Source of the DNA: an uncultured cyanobacterium
Lineage (GTDB): Bacteria; Cyanobacteriota; Cyanobacteriia; Cyanobacteriales; CAWCAG01
Reading direction: 5' to 3'
Length of the DNA: 64,000 nt
NCBI GenBank assembly: GCA_963803805.1
Contig: CAWDOD010000005.1
Location: 32,001 to 96,000 of the forward strand
This document shows, piece after piece, positions 8,651-17,936 of the stretch (positions within the stretch are counted from its first letter, which is position 1; every line of letters begins with the position of its first letter). A program made the translations under genes and the position numbers. The notes beneath the pieces were generated by a model, which worked only from the letters and a program-made list of their open reading frames with translations, was not told the DNA's origin and did no database searches.

Positions 8651-11600
8651 CTACGAAAGCACTGCCACAAGTGCTACTGGGATTGGGAGAAAATACTTTT
8701 TCTTAGTAAGTCCTCCAAGCTGTCTAGATTTATTCAACCACTGGACAAGCTGTTTACTTGCATCTTTTGTTTTCTTAAGGACATGAGTTTCTAAAGATGT
8801 TGAACTTTTTCCAAGAGCGTCTTTCTCCAACAAAGAAATTAACTCATAAACTTCTTTCGCTGATGCACCTTGAGAATTTATAGGTTGGGACAAGTCGCTA
8901 CTGAAGGCATAAAAACTTAAGTAAGAATCAGTACTGGCTGACTGATTTTCTACTTCACGGAGCGGATGAGTGGTAAATAAAAGATAATGAGCATCTCGCA
9001 GATTAGGAAATTTCTCATACAACTGATTTGCTGAGATTGTAGTAAAGTCTGCCTTGCGCTGTCGAGCTAAAGAATAAGCAAGGCGACCGATTGGATCAGA
9101 CTTGTGAATTGGTCGATGCTTTATGACTCCTTTCCATTCTTTTTCATGCCAGGGATAAAGACCTGCGAGTCGAATATCTTCTTCATCTCTGCCAAAAACC
9201 TTAAATTCTGGATCGAATGTGAATTTCCTATTACGAATGATAGCAATCTTGGCTTGGGCAGTTTCCTTTGCTGTGCCTTCATCATGAAATACAGGACGGC
9301 TCCACTCCTTAGTGCTAAACGTAAGTCCATGTTTCTGAGCGACACTAGGTAATCCTAGTTCCATCCATATTTCAAGCCGTTTCGCCAGTTCTTCACGGCT
9401 AATCACCCATTGTTCATCAAGTCGTGTTTTAAGCTCCCCTAGTTTTTCTTCCATGTCTTTTCGATCAGTGTCAGCTTGTTTGAGGATATCGTCAATCAGT
9501 GAAAATTTTTCTTCTTCAATATCCTGAAAAATTCTCTCCTCCTGTTCTTTACTGAGAGAACCAAGAATTTTTAGACGCATTCTTTCATCTGTAATACCAA
9601 GTTGAGTGAAGCGATTAACTAATGCTTGCTCTCGTCTTTCTTCATGGGTTCCAGCAATAATTAAGTAATAAGCTGTAACATCTGAAACTTGTCCTAGCCG
9701 AGCGACACGACCATTCCGTTGCATCAAAACTGCTGGATTTGGACTTAAATCCCAATGGATGACACGGTTTGCAACTTGAAAATCAAACCCTTCATCTGCG
9801 GCTGAGGTTGCTACTAAAACCCTTATAGAAGAATTCTCTTTACTTACGCCGCGCAACCTAGCAACAACCTCTTCTCTCTGAGCTAAGTTCATACTTCCAG
9901 TCAATTTTTCACTTTCCCCAGGAAGAGCTTTAATAATAATCTCGCAGGTCTGTAGGCTCTCGGTAAAAACGAGGAACTTTGACTTGGGATATTTTGCTAA
10001 AGTTTCTTTTAGCCAAGTGAGTTTAGCATTCTCTACTCCAGAATCTGCAAAGTCAAGTAAATTTAGCCCAAGTTCAGTCAAGTCTAGAATTTCATGGCTA
10101 TCTGCAAGAAAAGTTTCCTCATCTTCTTCACTTCCCCGAAGCTTTTTATTGAAATCGTAAATTTCATTTATCGCGTTTTTCTTCTTGGCTGTATTTGGTT
10201 GTCCTACTTTCCCTGCTTTAAAGGCAAAGTTATCGCTGGGAAAGGAAACATCTACGTGTCCGGATTTATTACTTTCATCATAAGCAGCAAGCTTTTGAGA
10301 AATTCCTTTAATTAGCTTCCGAAGATTTTCTGTACTTGGGGATAAATCTTTTCTATACTCATCTTGCGTTTTCCACTTCTGATGTCTTACACACCAACGG
10401 AAAAGCCACATTGCACCAGTAATAGTGCTGCTAGTCAATCTTGTTTCAAGTTGCCGAATTGCAAATCCACCAAAACTTTCACCGTTATTATTGCAAATCT
10501 CTTTAACTTTTTCTCGAATACCTTTGATCAGTTGTAAATACTCTTCGCTTGCTTCAAGAGGTGGGCGCTCAATCGTTAGTTTAGGAAATAAACGCTTCTC
10601 TGACCAGCTACGGACATCATCTTGTTGCCGCCAAACCACTGCTGTAGATGAGTCATCAGAACCTAAAACTGGTAAAAGCTTTTTGTCAGTAATCTCAGAA
10701 GAATATGCGTTCTCAATCTCTCTGGTTTTATGGGTTAGAAGGCGTAAAAGATTTATGAATTGAGGTTTAGAACGAAATGGAGTAGCACTCATAAAAATTA
10801 CTAGTTTAGGAGGAGCGGAGTCTTGCCAAAATTCTCCGGTAATCATTTGATAAGCAGCCTCATAAGCTCTTGTAGTTGCTTTTAATCCAATACGTTGTGG
10901 ACTACTTAGTTCATCTTCACTCGCACAATGATGTGCTTCATCAATAATCAAGACTTCTGGGCTAACTCCCTCAAGCAACTTATTTTTCTTTACTTTTTTT
11001 ACATAACGTCTCGCCGCATCCATACTGGCAATATGAATACCGTTAGTACGAGCGCCATACTCAATAAAAGTTCTCTCTACTTGAACAATCTCTTCACCAT
11101 TTACACCAGGGATAACTGACTGAAGCTTTAATCTAACATCATCTAACAGTCCTCCCTTTGTTAGATAGAGACAACGAAGAGGCTTAGAATAACCCTGGGC
11201 GATAAGCAAATCTCTTAATATTAAACCCACCTCAATTGTTTTTCCGAGTCCAACCTCGTCAGCAATAAGGAGGCGTTGAACTTGTTTTTGATTTGCCTTC
11301 ATATACTGCTGTAGTGACAATTGGTGAGGAAAAGGATTCTTTATCACTAGCCGTAATTCGACCTGAAAAGATATTGGCAAGTAGTTCTAATGACCCAAGA
11401 CGCATAACTGTATCAATTTGAAATTCCGGATTTAAGTCTTTTTCTTCAAGTACGCTTCCTCCAGGAATGTACTCTTTCTCTAACATTTGCTCGATACTAA
11501 AGTTGTTAGACAGTTCTTCCCAGTTGCGAAAGCTACTGAATTGAACTCCCCGACGCTTGGTTAATTCATTTGATTCAGCGAGAGAGCCAATGGTAAAGGC

Positions 11601-11702
11601 ATAGTGGGAATAAGCTGGTGCGCTTGGATTCTCTGGATCTGCTAGAACTAGATCTGCATAACAATTTTTGAAGGAAGGAATCTCAAACAAACGATATGGC
11701 AT
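8651..11702 (-). CDS. SNF2/RapA/DrmD-like SF2 helicase, about 1016 aa, with one +1 frameshift near 11339
   Basis: ORFs 11259-11768 and 8651-11380 fuse when one base is removed (...GRITASDK-NPFPHQL...). Motifs ADEVGLGKT, DEAHH, SATP, EGFDFQ, QRNGRVARLGQ. Confidence 0.85.
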
Positions 11703-12022
11703 AATTTTTGATTCTATTCTTAGGTAGTCTTGGCTAGGTATACCTATACTAGCATACCTAAAAAACAAATAGTACCAATTCTCTAAATGAGGGTTAACTA
11801 TAAACAGCTTTTAGTCGCCACACTCTCTTAATCTATGTGTAGTCTTCTTTTTTTGAATTGGTATAAAATGTCTTATAAATATATTTGTACTTAAGGTGGC
11901 TTAATAGCTTCTTGAAACGCCATAAAAAAAATTCATCAAATTCTCGCGAACTAAAGTAGAAGCTTAGTTAGCAAGAGAAATAGGGTTTGTCGATTTATGT
12001 AGAGTGCAATCGCACTATTTTG

Positions 12023-12082
12023 CTAAGCATACAAAAGCTGATTGCAGACTTCATCTGTGTAGAGTGAGGCAAAGATTTTCAT
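12023..12082 (-). pseudogene. 5' remnant of a DUF5615 PIN-like toxin
   Basis: ATGA overlap with the DUF433 stop. Reads MKIFASLYTDE (typical DUF5615 start), then degenerates to a stop after 19 aa. Confidence 0.6.
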
Positions 12083-12372
12083 TCTGCTTCTAAAGCTTTA
12101 CGGACTGCGGGATGAATAAGATTATCAGGTATGCGATTTTGCTCAATATATTCATTAATTTCAGCGTGATTATCCAAATAGAAACTTAAGCTATCAAATA
12201 CTTGGGCTAAAGTAAGCTGAGGATACTGAGTAGGAATTTCTTCGACGGGAGTACCCAGCCGCCACAAACCAACAATGGCACGTACAGGTATGCGAGAACC
12301 AAAAATAATCGGTTCACCGCTTAAGATATCTTGGTTGCGAGTGACGTATCGTGAGGTGGCTTTTGTCGTCAT
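12079..12372 (-). CDS. DUF433 family antitoxin
   Basis: ILSGEPIIFGSRIPV...YPQLTLAQVFDSLSFYLDN. Confidence 0.88.
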   Translation of the reverse strand: MTTKATSRYVTRNQDILSGEPIIFGSRIPVRAIVGLWRLGTPVEEIPTQYPQLTLAQVFDSLSFYLDNHAEINEYIEQNRIPDNLIHPAVRKALEAE

Positions 12373-12533
12373 TAATGAAACCCAAGGATGAATATAGTTT
12401 TTATTTTAGAGGCAGAAACTATTGAATGGGACTATTAATGAAGGCGATCGCGCTCTTGGGAAAAAATGACCTAAAATTGGATCAAAAGGTGAACGAGTAA
12501 TCTTTAGTCAATAAAGTATTAGCTTTAAACATA

Positions 12534-13166
12534 ATGACTACAATACTTTCAGCCCAAGCCGTTAACCTCCGAGACTTAATCAATAACTTTAGCATTGAGT
12601 TGGTTGAAGATGAGCAATTTTTCCTGGAATGGCAGATCAACCTACCAGAAATTAGTACTATAGAGCAACAACTTTTAGATAAAGTTAAAGCTGGTTACAT
12701 AAATCTGCTTAACTATCCGCCTCTTTTAGAAGATGTGGTTAAGATGACAGTCTTAGATCCGTTATTATTTATTGCTGATTTTTATCTCAAACCTTTTTAC
12801 GTTAAAGCAGAAGAATCTATTGAGATTAGTTCAGAAGATGATGGAGTGATTGTCAAAGGTAGAATTGATACCCTAGTGCTAAAAGAGCAATTTTGGGTAA
12901 TGGCCATTGAGTCGAAGAAAGCTTCTTTTTCTATTGAAGAAGGGTTAGCCCAAATTTTGGCTTATATGCTGGGCAATCCTCACTCCCATCAACCTAGTTA
13001 TGGCATGATTACCACTGGCGGTAGCTTTGTTTTTATTAAATTAGTGAAAACTGATAAACCCCGTTACGCCTTATCCAAAGTTTTCATTACTCGCGATCCA
13101 GGAGAAAATGCTTTGTATCAAGTTTTGCGTATTCTGAAAAGTTTGAGTGGAAGAGAATTTAATTAA
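12534..13166 (+). CDS. PD-(D/E)XK nuclease-fold protein (cyanobacterial 'restriction endonuclease subunit R'-like)
   Basis: GRIDTLV...MAIESKK...LAQILAYM...GMITTG. Confidence 0.75.
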   Translation: MTTILSAQAVNLRDLINNFSIELVEDEQFFLEWQINLPEISTIEQQLLDKVKAGYINLLNYPPLLEDVVKMTVLDPLLFIADFYLKPFYVKAEESIEISSEDDGVIVKGRIDTLVLKEQFWVMAIESKKASFSIEEGLAQILAYMLGNPHSHQPSYGMITTGGSFVFIKLVKTDKPRYALSKVFITRDPGENALYQVLRILKSLSGREFN

Positions 13167-13326
13167 GACGCAATAAGGTAAACCAATAGCTTGGCTTGCC
13201 CCCTCTAAGTTACGCAATAAAGTATCTTCAAAGATTTTCTTTTGCTGCTGTAGGCTTTTTTTTATATAGTTAGGGTAGCGTGTAATAGTACTATTGCCAA
13301 TATCTCAATTATCCTGAAAACTAACA

Positions 13327-16194
13327 GTGACAGAAGCTAAAAGTTACAAAGATACCGTCAATTTGCCCCAAACCACATTTAATATGCGGGCTAACGCTGT
13401 TAAGCGGGAACCGGAATTGCAAAAATTTTGGTCTGACAATCAGATTTACGAAAAACTGTCCCAGGATAATCCCGGAGATATTTTCATTTTGCATGACGGC
13501 CCTCCTTATGCTAACGGAGATTTGCATATGGGTCATGCTTTAAATAAAGTACTTAAAGATATTATCAACAAATATAAATTATTGCGGGGCTATAAAGCCC
13601 GTTATGTTCCTGGTTGGGACTGTCACGGTTTGCCCATTGAGTTGAAAGTTCTACAAAAAATGAAATCTGAGGTGAGGAAGAATCTTACCCCCTTGAAATT
13701 GCGCTACAAAGCGCGGGATTTCGCTTTAAAAACTATTGAGAAACAAAAGGTTGGTTTTAAGCGCTTTGGGGTTTGGGGAGAATGGGAAAACCCTTACTTA
13801 ACGTTATCTCCAGAATACGAAGCGGCCCAAATTGGTGTTTTTGGGCAGATGGTTTTGAAAGGTTATATTTACCGGGGTTTGAAACCTGTACATTGGAGTC
13901 CCAGTTCCCGTACTGCCCTAGCGGAAGCAGAGTTAGAATATCCCGAAGGGCATACCTCCCGCAGTATCTACGTTGCTTTCTCGGTAACAGGTTTAGGAGA
14001 GGGTGCAAAAGAAGTTTTAGGTCAATTTTCACCTAACCTCAGTGTGGCGATTTGGACAACCACTCCTTGGACAATTCCTGGTAATTTGGGGGTGGCAGTA
14101 AATCCGAAGCTTACCTATGGAGTGGTTGAAGATGCAGCAGGGAAGTATTTTATAGTGGCCGCAGATTTAGTTGAACAGTTAGCTACAACCCTAGAAACTG
14201 ATTTAACCCTTAAAGCGACTCTCTCCGGTGCAGCATTAGAACATACAAAGTATCGTCATCCTTTATTTGATCGCGAAAGTGAAGTTCTCATTGGTGGTGA
14301 CTACATTACCACTGCATCTGGTACAGGCTTAGTCCATACCGCCCCTGGACATGGTAGCGATGACTATATTGTGGGGCAACGTTATGGTTTACCTGTGCTT
14401 TCCCCTGTGGATGATGCAGGGAACTTAACAGCAGAAGCAGGGCAGTTTGCTGGGTTAAATGTACTTAAGGATGCAAACGCTGCAATCATCACTGCTTTAA
14501 CAGAAGCAGGGGCTTTGTTAAAAGAAGAAGCCTACGTTCATAAATATCCTTATGATTGGCGTACTAAAAAACCAACCATCTTCCGGGCAACAGAACAGTG
14601 GTTTGCTTCAGTAGCGGGGTTTCGGGATGCTGCTTTAGAGGAAATTACCAAGGTTAATTGGATTCCAGCTAAGGGGGAGAAACGGATTACTCCCATGGTT
14701 GCAGAACGTTCCGATTGGTGTATTTCCCGGCAACGTAGTTGGGGTGTTCCTATTCCTGTATTTTACGATGAGGAGAGTAACGAAGCTTTATTAAATGAAG
14801 AAACTATCTCCCACATTCAAGCAATTATTGCAGAGAAGGGTTCTGATGCTTGGTGGCAACTTTCTGTAGAGGAACTTTTACCAGAAAAGTACCGCAACAA
14901 CGGGCGTAGTTACCGCAAGGGAACAGACACCATGGATGTTTGGTTTGACTCTGGATCATCCTGGGCTGCTGTGGCAAAGCAAAGGGATAATTTAACCTAT
15001 CCTGTGGATATTTACTTGGAAGGTTCCGATCAACATCGTGGTTGGTTCCAATCCAGCTTATTAACTAGCGTTGCAGTTAACGATTGCGCCCCCTACAAGA
15101 CTGTTTTAACCCACGGTTTTACCTTGGATGAAAAGGGTGTAAAAATGAGTAAATCTCAAGGTAATGGTATTGATCCCTTAGTAATTATCAATGGTGGAAA
15201 AAACCAGAAACAAGAACCTGCTTACGGGGCAGATGTGTTGCGGTTGTGGGTTTCTTCTACGGATTATTCTACTGATGTCACTTTTGGCCCCAATATAGTT
15301 AAGCAATTAGCTGATGTTTATCGTAAAATTCGCAATACAGCGAGGTTTCTTTTAGGTAACTTACATGATTTCGATTCGACAAAAGATACAGTTGCTTATG
15401 CAGACTTGCCAGAATTAGATCAATATATGCTGCATCGCATTACAGAAGTATTTAACGATGTAACAGATGCCTTTGAAAGTTTCCAATTCTTCCGCTTCTT
15501 CCAAACAGTGCAAAACTTTTGTGTTGTAGATCTTTCCAACTTCTACCTCGACATTGCTAAAGATCGGTTGTACATTTCTTACCCCGACTCTCCCCGCCGT
15601 CGCAGTTGCCAAACAGTTTTAGCTGTAGCTTTGGAAAATTTAGCCTCCGCGATCGCACCGGTTATGTGTCATATGGCAGAAGATATTTGGCAGTCTTTCC
15701 CTTACAAAACTCCTACCGAATCAGTATTTGCTTCCGGTTGGGTAAAGTTAAAAGATGAGTGGCAAAAACCAGAATTAGCTCAAACTTGGACAACCTTAAG
15801 GGAAATTCGCAACGAGGTTAATAAAGTGATGGAACAAGCTAGGGTAGAAAAAGTGATTGGTTCTTCCCTTGAAGCAAAAGTTTTGTTGTATATTGCTGAT
15901 GAGGAATTGCGGAATCGCCTAGCTATATTTAACCCCAAGGACAGTTTAGGAGAAAATCGCATTGATGCCTTGCGTTATCTCCTCCTTGCTTCCCAGGTAG
16001 AGTTGTTAGGTAGCCCTCAAAAGGCGCAAGAAGCTGAATATAACGCCCAAGTTGAAGGAATGACTATCGGCGTTGTTAAAGCTGAGGGGGAAAAATGCGA
16101 TCGCTGTTGGAATTATGCAACTGAGGTAGGAAAAATTAAAGCACATCCTACTATTTGTGAACGTTGCGATGCTGCTTTAAAAGAGGAATTTTAG
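13327..16194 (+). CDS. ileS: Isoleucine--tRNA ligase
   Basis: DGPPYANG, HMGH, GWDCHGLP, KMSKS, C-terminal CDRCW zinc motif. Confidence 0.98.
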   Translation: MTEAKSYKDTVNLPQTTFNMRANAVKREPELQKFWSDNQIYEKLSQDNPGDIFILHDGPPYANGDLHMGHALNKVLKDIINKYKLLRGYKARYVPGWDCHGLPIELKVLQKMKSEVRKNLTPLKLRYKARDFALKTIEKQKVGFKRFGVWGEWENPYLTLSPEYEAAQIGVFGQMVLKGYIYRGLKPVHWSPSSRTALAEAELEYPEGHTSRSIYVAFSVTGLGEGAKEVLGQFSPNLSVAIWTTTPWTIPGNLGVAVNPKLTYGVVEDAAGKYFIVAADLVEQLATTLETDLTLKATLSGAALEHTKYRHPLFDRESEVLIGGDYITTASGTGLVHTAPGHGSDDYIVGQRYGLPVLSPVDDAGNLTAEAGQFAGLNVLKDANAAIITALTEAGALLKEEAYVHKYPYDWRTKKPTIFRATEQWFASVAGFRDAALEEITKVNWIPAKGEKRITPMVAERSDWCISRQRSWGVPIPVFYDEESNEALLNEETISHIQAIIAEKGSDAWWQLSVEELLPEKYRNNGRSYRKGTDTMDVWFDSGSSWAAVAKQRDNLTYPVDIYLEGSDQHRGWFQSSLLTSVAVNDCAPYKTVLTHGFTLDEKGVKMSKSQGNGIDPLVIINGGKNQKQEPAYGADVLRLWVSSTDYSTDVTFGPNIVKQLADVYRKIRNTARFLLGNLHDFDSTKDTVAYADLPELDQYMLHRITEVFNDVTDAFESFQFFRFFQTVQNFCVVDLSNFYLDIAKDRLYISYPDSPRRRSCQTVLAVALENLASAIAPVMCHMAEDIWQSFPYKTPTESVFASGWVKLKDEWQKPELAQTWTTLREIRNEVNKVMEQARVEKVIGSSLEAKVLLYIADEELRNRLAIFNPKDSLGENRIDALRYLLLASQVELLGSPQKAQEAEYNAQVEGMTIGVVKAEGEKCDRCWNYATEVGKIKAHPTICERCDAALKEEF

Positions 16195-16220
16195 AACCCT
16201 AATATAGAGGGGTAATTCCC

Positions 16221-16889
16221 TTACCAATGAATTTGACTCAAAATATACTGCAAACGATCATAGTCATCTTTAAGAAGTAAACTCAATGTTCTCCCTGCCT
16301 TAATTAACCACTGACGATCTCCTTGGCGTAAGCGATAAATTGCTCGTATCGCCGCAGCAGCTAAAGACTCTACAGGTACGCCTTGAACAGCTAATAAAGT
16401 TCTTAGGAAATCGAGATTTTCGCTAAAGTGGATAACTTCTTCATCTTCACATTGATAAACTGCTTGGTGAATTTGAGGGGGGCGTGGGGGTAAATATTGA
16501 TAAACTTTGCCACTACTACCATTGTTAGCATGACCGAAAGATTGTGGTACTTCAAAGCCGACAATTGCTGAGCGAAACTCGGTTTTGAGCATGGCAAAAA
16601 TCTGAGGTTGTTGCTCTCGCAACTCCTCTAAAGATAATCCTAAAGCCCTGGCACGATGGACAGAATCAATGGGGCTGGTGGTAGCGTGAATCACAACCGC
16701 TAACACTTTATTACCTGACTCTTCATCCCTAGATTTAACCCAACTACCAAAAGGAGGCATAACCGGAAAACTCAACTCTTCTGGCTCTAAACATTGAGCG
16801 AGAAATTCTGTGGTGGCAGTTTCGATTACCTCTGCTATGTAGTCATCGGGGCGATTATCAGTGGCAAATTGAGGTAAGGGAAGGCGCAT
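16221..16889 (-). CDS. HAS-barrel domain protein (conserved cyanobacterial)
   Basis: IAEVIETATTEFLAQC...MPPFGSWV...YQYLPPRPPQIHQ. Confidence 0.75.
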   Translation of the reverse strand: MRLPLPQFATDNRPDDYIAEVIETATTEFLAQCLEPEELSFPVMPPFGSWVKSRDEESGNKVLAVVIHATTSPIDSVHRARALGLSLEELREQQPQIFAMLKTEFRSAIVGFEVPQSFGHANNGSSGKVYQYLPPRPPQIHQAVYQCEDEEVIHFSENLDFLRTLLAVQGVPVESLAAAAIRAIYRLRQGDRQWLIKAGRTLSLLLKDDYDRLQYILSQIHW

Positions 16890-17039
16890 AACAAGTTAAA
16901 AGTCAAAAGGATGCAATTAATACTCTGTCAATTCATCTTTCAATTGATGGGTTAAGGCTTAGGGGTTAAGGATAATCCTCTGCTCAAAAAAGTAACCCCT
17001 AAATTTGCTAGCAACTAGCGATTAGCCATTAGTAAACAG

Positions 17040-17231
17040 CTAGTTTTTCTTTCCTTTCCTTAAATCCACAGACTCTAACTCAACAAGCTTAAAGGTAACG
17101 AGTTTATCCCAATTACCATCTTCAAATAAAACCGCAGCCTTATTATCGCTAACTCGTTGCACTATACCTTGAAATTGGAAATAAGTATCTTCAGAATTAG
17201 TAACGCGAACTGTAGCCCCAGGAAGAATCAT
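17040..17231 (-). CDS. ndhO: NDH-1 complex subunit O
   Basis: [10 protein letters not shown]...[26 protein letters not shown]. This is an SH3-like small cyanobacterial NDH subunit; the name could instead be ndhS. Confidence 0.55.
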   Translation of the reverse strand: MILPGATVRVTNSEDTYFQFQGIVQRVSDNKAAVLFEDGNWDKLVTFKLVELESVDLRKGKKN

Positions 17232-17373
17232 AGTCTTAAAATTTCAATTATAAGTTTGTCATTAGATTTAGGATAGCATCGTCTTTGGTTCGGATATCCT
17301 TCCTTTTTGTTGCCCCGCAAATATTTCTAGAACCTTCAAAATGGAGTTATAACTCTTAAATCCAAATTTAACT

Positions 17374-17769
17374 ATGAACTCTACAACCCAAACTATTAAC
17401 CACAGTAAAGAATCGTGGTATTCTCAAGGTCTAAAATGTTGCGTAGCAGGTCAATTCACAGAAGCGATCGCAGCGTTTAACCAAGTTATTTCCATGGACT
17501 CTCAATTGAGCCCAGCTTGGAATAATCAAGGTAATGCTTTATCAGCACTAAAACAATACGGCAATGCCCTTGCTGCTTATGATCGTGCTGTTGCCCTTGC
17601 TCCTCAATATCATCAAGCTTGGTTTAATCGAGGGCAGCTATTCGAGGAAATGGGAGCTTATGGTAATGCTCAGGAGTGTTATCAAAAGGCGATCGCAATT
17701 TCTCCTGATCCCGTTTATCTTCATGCTAGGGAGGGGATTTTGCTTAATAAGAAGTTGTACCAAGTTTAA
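17374..17769 (+). CDS. Tetratricopeptide repeat protein
   Basis: About 3 TPR motifs (AWNNQGNAL...AYDRA, AWFNRG...YQKAI). Confidence 0.85.
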   Translation: MNSTTQTINHSKESWYSQGLKCCVAGQFTEAIAAFNQVISMDSQLSPAWNNQGNALSALKQYGNALAAYDRAVALAPQYHQAWFNRGQLFEEMGAYGNAQECYQKAIAISPDPVYLHAREGILLNKKLYQV

Positions 17770-17936
17770 GCAAATACCACATTGAGAGAACTAATACCCT
17801 CACCTAATCTGTCGAATATTTGCTACAAAATTAGGTAATCAGACGAAAAAGTGATTCGTTTATAGCGCTGTTTTTTCTGAAAATTGTTAATAATAAAGAA
17901 AGAGCTACTTTCGACTTCTGCGAAGCAGTATAAGCC

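Noticed and set aside
16221-16889. HerA-NurA defence or repair operon
   Set aside because: Only the HAS-barrel gene is present; there is no adjacent HerA or NurA.
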